Below are positions 20,153-28,990 of a stretch of 64,000 nucleotides of DNA, piece by piece. The notes below the pieces were generated by a model, which was not told the origin of the DNA, ran no database searches, and was given only the letters and a program-made list of their open reading frames with translations. Positions within the stretch are counted from its first letter, which is position 1; every line of letters begins with the position of its first letter. The stretch comes from an uncultured Gemmatimonadaceae bacterium (GTDB lineage Bacteria; Gemmatimonadota; Gemmatimonadetes; Gemmatimonadales; Gemmatimonadaceae), in NCBI GenBank assembly GCA_963843845.1, contig CAWJMB010000002.1:768001-832000 (forward strand), in the 5' to 3' direction. A program made the translations under genes and the position numbers.

Positions 20153-20614
20153 TCACGTCGGCGCCGATGACGCCGACGACGACTGCCCCTGCTGCTGTGC
20201 CGCACTCTGCGCGCGCAGTCGCGCGTCCTGCTCGAGCAGCTCGGGCGTGAGCTCGGCGCCGAAGTCTTCGGCCTCGAACACGGGGCGCAGCTCGAGCTGA
20301 CCGCCCTCGTTCATGGGATTCGGGCACCGCTTGGCCCACTCCACGGCTTCGTCCATCGAGCGGACCTGCCAGAGCCAGAAGCCGGCGATCAGCTCCTTCG
20401 TCTCCGAGAACGGGCCGTCGACGACGGCGCGCCGCGTGCCGTCGAAGTCGATGCGCTTCCCCTTCGACGACGGGTGCAGCCCCTCGCCGGCGAGCATCAC
20501 GCCGGCCTTCACGAGCTCTTCGTTGAACTGCCCCATCGCCGTGAGCAGCTCCGTGCTCGGCATCACGCCGGCCTCGGAATCGGGGGACGCTTTGACGATC
20601 ACCATGACGCGCAT
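20153..20614 (-). CDS. YciI/DGPF family protein
   Basis: MGQFNEELVKAGV, GEGLHPSS, DGPFSETKELIAGFW, EAVEWAKRCP. Confidence 0.92.
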   Translation of the reverse strand: MRVMVIVKASPDSEAGVMPSTELLTAMGQFNEELVKAGVMLAGEGLHPSSKGKRIDFDGTRRAVVDGPFSETKELIAGFWLWQVRSMDEAVEWAKRCPNPMNEGGQLELRPVFEAEDFGAELTPELLEQDARLRAQSAAQQQGQSSSASSAPT

Positions 20615-20671
20615 CGGTCGCTCTCCTCGTGCTCTGCGGGGGGTGGGGTGGGGATGTGCTCCTGCCAGCAC

Positions 20672-20698
20672 GACGAACGAGCGCGCGCCGGATCGACA
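20672..20698 (-). promoter_or_regulatory. ECF42-type promoter (TGTCGA-N17-CGTC)
   Basis: Minus strand TGTCGAtccggcgcgcgctcgttCGTC upstream of the DGPF-ECF42 pair, matching the motif known for this ECF group. Confidence 0.7.
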
Positions 20699-20713
20699 GC
20701 GCCGAAACTAACG

Positions 20714-20755
20714 GCCCCGCCTCGTGCGACCCGCGCGGGTCGCACGAGGCGGGGC
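20714..20755. terminator. Perfect 42-bp palindrome (hairpin, probable terminator)
   Basis: GCCCCGCCTCGTGCGACCCGC-GCGGGTCGCACGAGGCGGGGC, directly downstream of the metallopeptidase gene. Confidence 0.6.
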
Positions 20756-20784
20756 GGTGGTCGAGCCCCCCGAGCCCGAGACGA

Positions 20785-21570
20785 CTACCGGAATTCCCGC
20801 AGGCAGGCCCCCGCCCCCGCGCGCAGCCCCGCACGGAAGTTGTCGGTCCGCTGCTGCTCGGTGCCGTGCCCCATGCGCGACGCGCGCGTGAGAATCGAGC
20901 GGTCGACGCGGTCGTCGCCCGTGAGGCGCGGCGTCGGGTCGCCGGCTGTCGCCATGCCGAAGAACGCCTCCTCGATGTCCCCCGGCTCGAGCATGCCGTC
21001 CGCGTCCGCCTGCCGAGCGAACGACCCGGCGAGACAGTCGGCGACCTGCTCGTTGTCGTACGTGAAGCGTGAGAGGTGCCCGAGCTGCATCGCGACCGCG
21101 TGCCCGACCTCGTGCGCGATGATCCCGACCGCCGCCATGTCGCCGTCGGTGCCGAGCTGGCGCGCGGCATTCCCCGCCTGCGCCGCCACGAACAGCTCGT
21201 CGTAGTAGATCGTGTTGTCGCGGATGCAATAGCCGGCGTTCCCCTGCCGCATCACGCCGCACGCCGAGCGCGCGCCGGTGCGGTAGCGCACGAGCGACGG
21301 CAGCGCGAACTGAGCGCCGATCGCGTCGAACGACGCATTCCACGTCCTGGCGAGGTGGCCGTAGGCGGAGGCGATCTTCGCGTTCGAGGCGGTGAGCTCC
21401 GCCATCGTCACGTTCGTCGCGTCCCGCGGCAGCGCGTCGCGCAGCGTGACCGCGTGCGGCGTGACCGCGTTCGGCGTGACCGCGAGCGGCGTGGCCGCGT
21501 GCGCCGCGGGCACGATGGCGAGCGTGAGCGCGATGGCCGTCGCGCGGCGAAGGGTCCCGGATCGGGTCAT
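20785..21570 (-). CDS. Secreted neutral zinc metallopeptidase (YpfJ-like)
   Basis: Signal peptide, NAGYC, AHEVGH (HExxH), EQVADCLAG, HGT..QR. Confidence 0.88.
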   Translation of the reverse strand: MTRSGTLRRATAIALTLAIVPAAHAATPLAVTPNAVTPHAVTLRDALPRDATNVTMAELTASNAKIASAYGHLARTWNASFDAIGAQFALPSLVRYRTGARSACGVMRQGNAGYCIRDNTIYYDELFVAAQAGNAARQLGTDGDMAAVGIIAHEVGHAVAMQLGHLSRFTYDNEQVADCLAGSFARQADADGMLEPGDIEEAFFGMATAGDPTPRLTGDDRVDRSILTRASRMGHGTEQQRTDNFRAGLRAGAGACLREFR

Positions 21571-21809
21571 CGTGGGCTCCTGGCTCCAGGCAGAAGTGGT
21601 CGCGCCGTCCGGAGCGGTCGCTCGACGGGGCGCGCCGCGACAGGCGCACGTCGTCGTGCGGCGCCCTGTCGCGTCGTGGAGGTAGTACACCATCCGGTCA
21701 CTCGTGTTGCGCGCGTGTCGCGGCCGTGTCGCGCTGGCTCTCTCCCGCGGCGCACGTAGATTCGCCTCGTCGTCGCGCCCCCGTTCTCGCCTCCCGCCCG
21801 CACCCAGTC

Positions 21810-24800
21810 GTGCCCGGCACTCCTCCCGACGCCGCGATCGATCCGTCGCAGTCGCCGCCGCCGCCGCCGCCGCCGCGCGTCGTGGCCGGCCGCTACCGGC
21901 TCGACCGCGTCCTCGGCCGCGGTGGCATGGCGACGGTCCATCTCGCGCACGATGAGCGGCACGACGCGCTCGTCGCGATCAAGCTGATGCACGGTGACCT
22001 CGTGTCGGTCGTCGCGAGCGACCGCTTCCAGCGCGAGGTGCGGCTCACGGCGCGGCTGCAGCACCCGCACATCCTCCCCGTGCTCGACTCCGGCGTCGCC
22101 GAGCACGACGCGGGGAACGCGGGCGGGCGCGTGCCGTTCTACACGATGCCGTACGTGCGCGGCGAGACGCTCGCCGACCGCATCGCGCGCGAACGGCAGC
22201 TCCCGGTCGCCGACGCCGTCCGCATCACGCGCCAGATCGCCGACGCGCTCGCCTACGCTCATCACCTGGGCGTCGTTCACCGCGACATCAAGCCGAGCAA
22301 CATCCTGCTCGCCGGCTACCCGCCGGAGCGCGGCACGACCGGCGGCGCGACGAGCGAGTGGTACGCCATGCTCGCCGACTTCGGCATCGCGCGCGCGATC
22401 GACACGAGCGCCGGGGACCGCCTCACCGACTCGGGACTCGCGTTAGGCACGGCGCTCTACATGAGCCCCGAGCAGTCGTCGGCCGACGCGGTCGACGGCC
22501 GCAGCGACGTCTACTCGCTCGGCTGCGTGCTGTACGAGATGCTGGCGGGGGCGCCGCCGTTTCACGGGCCGACGCCGCAGGCGATCCTCGCCCGGCACGC
22601 GGTCGATCCGGTGCCGCGCGTCCACACCGTGCGCGCGACGGTAGGCCCGGCGCTCGAAGGCGTGATCGCGCAGGCGCTCGCGAAGGTGCCCGCCGACCGG
22701 TTCGTGGACGCCGCGGCGTTCCGCGACGCGCTGGCGGCGGTGGAGCAGGGAACGTCGGGCGCCGTGCCTTCCACCGGCGCCGCGCCGATCGACGTCGTGT
22801 CGACCGCCGCCGCCCCGACCGGAGGGATGTCGACCGCCGCCGCACCGACCGGCGCGCCGCCCGCGACACGGCCGGCTTCACCGCGGCGCTCGCGGTTCGC
22901 CGGACTCGGCGCGCTCGCCGTCGCCGCGACAGCGTTCGCGCTCTGGCGCGGCGCGTCCCCATCGACGGCGCTCGACGAGTCGCGCGTCATGGTCTTCCCG
23001 CTCCGCGTCTCCGCCGATGCGCGGCTGGGTGGGTCGGCGGGCGAGGACGTCGCGACGGCGGTCGGCAACGCCGTCGACGGCGTCGAGCGGCTTCGCTGGA
23101 TCGACGGCTGGCGCGACATGACCGCGGCGCAGCGCGCCGACGCGGGATCGCTCGCCGGAGACGACGCGCTGTCCCTCGCCCGCGCGCGGCGCTGCGGCTA
23201 CTTCGTTCGCGGCAGCATCACGCCGCTCTCGGGCGACTCCGTCACCGTGCGCCTGGACCTCGTGCGCACGCGCGACGACGAATCGGTCAAGACAGGCACG
23301 GCACACGCACGCCGGACCGATGCGTGGCGCGCCGGACTCGGCGCGGTGAACGAGCTGCTGCCGACGCTCATCCCCGGCGCGACGAACGCAGCGGCCGCGT
23401 CGCGGAAGACGGTGTCCGAGTGGGCGACGCGCCCGCCCGCCGCCGTCGCCGAGTTTCTCGCCGGCGAGGCCGCGTTCCGGCGCGTTCGTCCCGCCGACGC
23501 GCTGGGTCACTATCGCGATGCCGTCGCCCGGGACTCGACGTTCGCGCTGGCCGCTCTGCGGGGCGCGCAGGCCGCGAGCTGGAGTCACGTCGCCGGCGAG
23601 GTCGGCGCGCTCGTGCAGGTCGCGCTGCGCCAGCCCCTCTCCGACCGCTATCGCCACTTCGCGTCGGGCACCGCCGCGTTCGACGCCGGACTCGCCGACT
23701 CCGCCGCCGCCGAGCTGCGCCGCGCCGTCGCGGCCGATCCGGAGATGGCGGTCGCCTGGCTACAGCTCGGTGAGGTCTACACGCATCTGCTCCCCGTGGA
23801 GGGCGACGTCGATTCCGCCGCGGCCGACGCGTTCCGGCGTGCCCGCGCGATCGACTCGTCGGCCGCCGATCACCTGCTGCACCCCATCGAGCTCGCGGTC
23901 CGGGCAGGCGACGTCGCCACCGCGAAACCGCTCGCCGCGCGCCTCCTCGCCGCCGCGCCCGACAGCGGGATCGCGCACGAAGTCGAATGGCTCGTTCGGT
24001 GCGCCGAGGGCGGCCCGTCGAAGGTCGATTGGGCCGACGCCGTTCGCCGCGACGCGACGACGGTGCTCCAGGTCGCGCGGCAGGCGGGCCTCGGCGCGCA
24101 GCGCGCCTGCGCCGAGGCGGCGTACGGCGCCGTGCTGCGCGAGTACCCGGCGACGGCGGTGGACGCGATCAACTACCGCTGGCCGGCGCTCGTCGGATTG
24201 CAGGGCGCGCTCGTCGCCCGCGGCGCCACCGCCGCCGCGGTGGCGCAGCTCGATTCGGGGATCGTCCTTCCGGTCGCCAACCCGCTCGGCGGCGAGTCGG
24301 TGTATCTCATCGGGGCGGGGATCGTTCCGGCGTACGCGGGCCCGGCACAGCGCATCGCGGCGCGCGACTCGGCGGCCGGCGGCGCGAGCTCCGGGCGGAG
24401 TCCCGCCCCCGCGCGACTCGGCCAGCTCGCGGTGTGGGCCGCGTCGACCGGACGCGGCGCGACGGCTGCGGCGATCGCGGACGAGCTGGACCGGCGCCTG
24501 GCCGCGTCGGCCGATGCCGTGACGCCCGGCGCGACGCCCGGCGCGACGCCCGCCTCGACGCCCGCCTCGACGCCCGCGACGGACTCGGCGCTCATCCGAA
24601 CGGCGCGCAGCGCGGCCGCGCTGGCCGCCGCGGCCACCGCGCGGACGGCCACCGACACCGTCGCCGCGATCGCCGCGCTCACGACCGTGCTCGCCGCGCC
24701 GATGTCGATGGACGCGCTCGCCTGGTCGTTGCCGAACGCGCGCGCCGCCGAGCGCCTGCTGCTCGCGCGACTGCTCGCGGGGCGCGGCGAGCACCGGCGC

Positions 24801-24980
24801 GCGCTCGCCGTCGCCAGCGTCTTCGACTCGGTGCAGCCGCTGATTCACGTGATGTATCTCCCCGCGAGCCTGGAGCTGCGCCGCGCGTCGGCCGCGGCTC
24901 TGCGCGACGCCGACCTCGCCGCCCGCTTCAGCCGCCGCATCGCCGCCGGTCGTGCCGGCACTCCCGCCGCCGCGCCGTGA
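21810..24980 (+). CDS. Hanks-type Ser/Thr protein kinase with TM and large TPR-like C-terminal region
   Basis: LGRGGMATV, VAIK, HRDIKPSN, DFG, GTALYMSPE, DVYSLG; hydrophobic GLGALAVAATAFALW; helical repeats (DSTFALA, DPEMAVAW). Start uncertain. Confidence 0.92.
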   Translation: MPGTPPDAAIDPSQSPPPPPPPRVVAGRYRLDRVLGRGGMATVHLAHDERHDALVAIKLMHGDLVSVVASDRFQREVRLTARLQHPHILPVLDSGVAEHDAGNAGGRVPFYTMPYVRGETLADRIARERQLPVADAVRITRQIADALAYAHHLGVVHRDIKPSNILLAGYPPERGTTGGATSEWYAMLADFGIARAIDTSAGDRLTDSGLALGTALYMSPEQSSADAVDGRSDVYSLGCVLYEMLAGAPPFHGPTPQAILARHAVDPVPRVHTVRATVGPALEGVIAQALAKVPADRFVDAAAFRDALAAVEQGTSGAVPSTGAAPIDVVSTAAAPTGGMSTAAAPTGAPPATRPASPRRSRFAGLGALAVAATAFALWRGASPSTALDESRVMVFPLRVSADARLGGSAGEDVATAVGNAVDGVERLRWIDGWRDMTAAQRADAGSLAGDDALSLARARRCGYFVRGSITPLSGDSVTVRLDLVRTRDDESVKTGTAHARRTDAWRAGLGAVNELLPTLIPGATNAAAASRKTVSEWATRPPAAVAEFLAGEAAFRRVRPADALGHYRDAVARDSTFALAALRGAQAASWSHVAGEVGALVQVALRQPLSDRYRHFASGTAAFDAGLADSAAAELRRAVAADPEMAVAWLQLGEVYTHLLPVEGDVDSAAADAFRRARAIDSSAADHLLHPIELAVRAGDVATAKPLAARLLAAAPDSGIAHEVEWLVRCAEGGPSKVDWADAVRRDATTVLQVARQAGLGAQRACAEAAYGAVLREYPATAVDAINYRWPALVGLQGALVARGATAAAVAQLDSGIVLPVANPLGGESVYLIGAGIVPAYAGPAQRIAARDSAAGGASSGRSPAPARLGQLAVWAASTGRGATAAAIADELDRRLAASADAVTPGATPGATPASTPASTPATDSALIRTARSAAALAAAATARTATDTVAAIAALTTVLAAPMSMDALAWSLPNARAAERLLLARLLAGRGEHRRALAVASVFDSVQPLIHVMYLPASLELRRASAAALRDADLAARFSRRIAAGRAGTPAAAP

Positions 24981-25008
24981 CCCACGTCCATTCACGAGGA
25001 GCTCGAGG

Positions 25009-25262
25009 ATGAACGACGAATTCGCCGTCCCCCCGTCGCCACCGGCACCCGACGGAAGCCGCCACGTGCCGCCCCCGCCGCCGCCCGGCGCGAAGCGCGG
25101 CGTGCCGCCGGCTCCACCGCAGCCGGAAGGCGGCCGCGCCGTGCCGCCCGCTCCACCGCAGCCGGAAGGAGACCGCGCCGTGCCGCCCGCTCCTCCGCGG
25201 CCGGACGGCAGTCGGCCGGCTCGCCGCCCGCCGCCCCGCCGCCGCCCGACGCGGTCCGATGA
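25009..25262 (+). CDS. Small Pro-rich repeat protein (or N-terminal extension of the caspase); one indel required
   Basis: AGGAG RBS then MNDEFAVPPSPPAPDGSR-HVPPPPPPGAKR-GVPPAPPQPEGGR-AVPPAPPQPEGDR-AVPPAPPRPDGSR; 39-bp DNA repeats at 25102, 25141 and 25180. An alternative frame ends PPAAPPPPDAVR* with TGA overlapping the caspase ATG. Confidence 0.55.
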
Positions 25263-27465
25263 GACGCGCGCTGCTCATCGGTATCGACGCCTACGCCACG
25301 CAGCCCGCCGTGATCGCGCCGCTCAACGGCTGCGTGAACGACGTCGATGCGATGGAGCAGCTGCTGCGCGCCGCGCCGTACGCGTTCGACGACGTGCGCG
25401 TTCTGCGCGACGCCGAGGCCACCCGGCAGGGGATCCTCGACGCGCTCGACGCGCTCGTCGCGGCGACCGGGACCGACGACGTCGTGTTCATCCAGTACGG
25501 CGGCCACGGCTCGCAGAAGTGGGACGACACGGGCACCGAGTCGACCGGCTGGAACAGCACGATCGTTCCCGTCGACAGCGGACGCGACCCGCTGGAGAAC
25601 CGCGACATCACCGACGACGAGATCCACGAGCGGCTCGTCGCGCTGGGCACCCGCACGCCGTACACGACGCTCCTCGTCGACTCGTGCCATTCGGGAACGA
25701 TCACGCGCGACGTGTTCGAGATGCGATCGCGCGGCGTGCGGCCCGACCCGCCACCGGCCGGCGCGGTGAGGCCGGCGGCGACGCGGAGCGCCGCAGCGAG
25801 CGGCGCGGCCGGTAGCACGTTCGGCACCGTGCGCGGCGTCGGCCGCCGCGGTGCGGAGGGCGAGAGCGACGCGGCGCGCCATGTCGTGCTCTCCGGCTGC
25901 CGCGACGAGGAGCTGTCGTGGGAGCTCCGGGCCCCGACGGAGGAGGGGGGGAAGGTGCATGGCGCGCTGTCGTACTTCGTGACGCGCGAGCTCCGGAAGC
26001 CAGGGCGCCGCAGTTACCGCGACCTGTTCGAGGCGGTCGCGCCGCTCGTCACGGCGTACAAGGGGCAGCATCCGCAGATCGAGGGGCGCGCCGACGCCGA
26101 GCTGTTCGGCGTCGGGCTGCTCGCGCCGATGCGCTACGTCGCCGTCGCCGGTCCCTCGACGACCGGCGCCGAGCTCGTCGCAGGCCGCCCGATCGAGCTG
26201 GCGTCGGGCGCCGCGCACGGGGTGACCGTCGGCTCCGAGTACGACGTCTACCGCCCGGGCACCGTCCAGCCGAACGACGCCGACCGCCTCGGGCGCGTGC
26301 GCGTGACGGCGGTGCACCCGGTCCACAGCGAGGCCGAGCCGCTCGGCTCCTTCGCCGCGCCGGTCGTCGTCGGCGCACGCGCGGTCGAAGCGCTGCACGC
26401 GCCGGCCGAGGTGCGACTGCGCGTCTGGCTCGACGAGACGACCACCGCCGCCGCGCTCGCCGATCTACGCGGCCGACTCGCCGCGTCGCCGCGCGTGCAG
26501 GTCGTCGACGTCGCAACTGACGGCGAGCTGCGCGTCACGCTGCTCACGCCCGGCGCGACGGCCGCCGTTCCGCGCCTCACGGCCGGCGTGACCGAGCCGA
26601 CGCTCGCGCTGATCGACGGCGTCGGCGAGCCGGTGCTGCCGATGAAGCCGCTCGGCGCGGTGGCCGACTTCGCGGCGAACGTCGAGCAACTCGCCGCGAT
26701 CCGCGCCCTGCTCGCGCTCGACAATCCGGCGAGCCGGCTGCGCGGCACCGTCACGCTCGAGGTGTTGCGGCAGGTGCCCGACGCGGCCGCGCCGAGCGGC
26801 GTGCGGTGGCAGGTCGCGCTGCCCGACGCGCGCGCGAACGCCGTCGTGTTCGAGGAGGGCGATCGCATCGCGTTCCGCCTCACGAGCACGCACACCGAGC
26901 CGCTGTTCGTGAACCTCATCGACGCGAGCGTCGAGGGAGGCGTCTACGTCTCTACCCGCAGGGCGACCAGTCGCCGCAGCGACTCGGCAATCAGCAGCCG
27001 CTCAACGTCTGGCGGCCGGGCGGCAACGGGTGGCGGCTGCTCTTTCCCGACCCCGCGGTCTACCCGTTCCTCCCCGGCGACTCGGCGGCCGAGGGGTCGG
27101 ACATCGTGAAGCTGTTCGTCACGACGCGCGAGACGCGCTTCACCGAGATGACGCAGTACCGCGACGCAGCGCAGCCTCGGCCGTCCGCGCTCGGGCCGCT
27201 GTTCCACACGCCCACGCCGGCGAGTCGCGCGCCCGACCCCGAGCACGACGCGGCGGACACGCAGGCGATCGCCGCGGCGGCAGCGACCGCCGCGGCGTCC
27301 GAGGACTGGACGACGCTCCAGGTGCGATACGTGACCCGGCGGAAAGGAGCCGGCACGCAGGTGCCCGACGCGCGGGTGTCTGAGGCGCAGGTGCCTGAGG
27401 CGCAGGTGCCTGAGGCGCAGGTGCCTGAGGCGCAGGTGCCTGAGGCGCAGGTGCCTCGGCGATGA
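25259..27465 (+). CDS. Caspase-family (peptidase C14, metacaspase-like) protease with C-terminal accessory domains (frameshift near 26950)
   Basis: RALLIGIDAY, LNGCVND, YGGHGSQ (His), DSCHSG (Cys), LSGCRDEE, HGALSY, QHPQIEG; continues in frame 26806-27465 (LYP..DIVKLFVT..DWTT). Confidence 0.92.
27382..27456 (+). repeat. 15-bp tandem repeat x5 encoding (EAQVP)5 at the caspase C-terminus
   Basis: GAGGCGCAGGTGCCT in five exact copies. Confidence 0.95.
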
Positions 27466-28946
27466 CACCGCAGGCGACCGCGCCGGGCGTGGCGCTCCCG
27501 ACGGCGGCCCTCACGGCCGTGTTGGGCACATCGTCCGCCGCTCGCGCCGCCGCCGCGCGGGCGCTCGGCAGCGCGGGACTCGCGGTGCAGCAGCGCCTCC
27601 AGCTCGCCATGCCGACGGCGAACGCGACGCGCGACGTCGCGTCCGGCACGGTGACCGTCGCCGCGCCGCCGCCGGACATGGGGCAGATGGCGATCGTCAC
27701 CGATCCGCAGACCGGCGTCGTGTCGTGGCAGTTCGGCGAGACGCGCACGGTGGCGGCGCCCGGCGCGGGCGGTCGCGGCGAGGCGGGCACGCAGACGGTC
27801 CGCGTCTACGCGGTCCCCGCCGCGGCGGCGACCGCGCCATCGCACGACCCGTCGGGCCCCGCCCCGGCCGGCGGCGATGACGGCGCCCTCGCGTCGCGCA
27901 GCGTCCTCACCGACGCCGCGCGCAAGCTCGTGGAGGTCGTCGTCTTCCCGCTCGTCGAGGACGGCGTCGGCGCCGTGAGCCCGATCTTCGCCGAGCGGTG
28001 GGAGGCGAAGCATCGGCCGTACCGACTGCGCAGCTTCACGCCCGACGACTACGCGCGTCCCGACGCCGCCCTCGTCGACGGCGCGACGCTCGCCGCCGGC
28101 CGCGCGCTGCTCATGGTTCACGGCACGTTCAGCCGCGCGCACTCCGCCTTCGGCGCGCTGCCGCGCGCGGTCGTCGAGCGGCTGCACGCGCGGTACGGCG
28201 GGCGCGTGTTCGCGTTCGACCACTACACGCTCGCGCACGACCCGGCGCGCAACGTTCAGTGGCTGTTGAGCCAGCTGCCGAACGGTTCCACGGTCGACGT
28301 CGACATCGTCTGCCACTCGCGGGGCGGCCTCGTGAGCCGCGTGCTCGCCGAGCGGCACGGCGACCGCGCGCGGGTCGGCAAGGTGGTGTTCGTCGGCGCG
28401 CCGAACGCGGGAACGGCACTCGTCGACGGCTCGCACGTGACGAAGCTGCTCGACGCCTACACGAACGTGCTCGCCGTCGTGCCGCCGAACGGCGTGACCG
28501 ACCTGCTCGAAGGGGTGCTCACCGTGGCGAAGCTGCTCGCCACGATCGGCGCCGGCGCGATGCAGGGGTTGCCCGGGCTGCAGTCGATGCGCCCCGGCGG
28601 CGACTTCCTCGCCCGGACGCTGAACGCGGTCACCGGCACGACCGCAGGCGCCGCGCCCGACGATCCGTCGAACGCCGCCGAGTACTTCGCGATGTCGTCG
28701 AACTTCGACCCGCGGCCGGACACGCCGGGCCTGAACGCGCTGTTCCGCAACTGGACCGCCGACAAGGTCTTCGGCGCCGACAACGACCTCGTCGTCCCGA
28801 CCGACGGCGTCTTCGCGGCGAACGGCTCCGCGCGCTTCCCGATCGCCGCGACGCGCGTCTTCCGCGGCGCCGACGCCGTCGCGCACACCGAGTTCTTCGC
28901 GCGCCCGGCGGCGCACGAGCAGCTGCTCACCTGGCTCGGCGCCTGA
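27462..28946 (+). CDS. Alpha/beta-hydrolase (lipase/PGAP1-like) with long N-terminal extension
   Basis: VHGTFS oxyanion motif, CHSRGG nucleophile elbow, GAPNAGT, NDLVVP (Asp), AHTEFF (His). Its ATG overlaps the caspase stop (ATGA). Confidence 0.88.
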   Translation: MTPQATAPGVALPTAALTAVLGTSSAARAAAARALGSAGLAVQQRLQLAMPTANATRDVASGTVTVAAPPPDMGQMAIVTDPQTGVVSWQFGETRTVAAPGAGGRGEAGTQTVRVYAVPAAAATAPSHDPSGPAPAGGDDGALASRSVLTDAARKLVEVVVFPLVEDGVGAVSPIFAERWEAKHRPYRLRSFTPDDYARPDAALVDGATLAAGRALLMVHGTFSRAHSAFGALPRAVVERLHARYGGRVFAFDHYTLAHDPARNVQWLLSQLPNGSTVDVDIVCHSRGGLVSRVLAERHGDRARVGKVVFVGAPNAGTALVDGSHVTKLLDAYTNVLAVVPPNGVTDLLEGVLTVAKLLATIGAGAMQGLPGLQSMRPGGDFLARTLNAVTGTTAGAAPDDPSNAAEYFAMSSNFDPRPDTPGLNALFRNWTADKVFGADNDLVVPTDGVFAANGSARFPIAATRVFRGADAVAHTEFFARPAAHEQLLTWLGA

Positions 28947-28990
28947 CGCGCGCCGCGCACGAGTCTCACACGACCGCCTGAGGCGACGCG

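Noticed and set aside
24952..25815. 287-aa ORF read through its full length
   Set aside because: Beyond about 25260 it is off-frame to the caspase; only the Pro-rich 5' part is credible.
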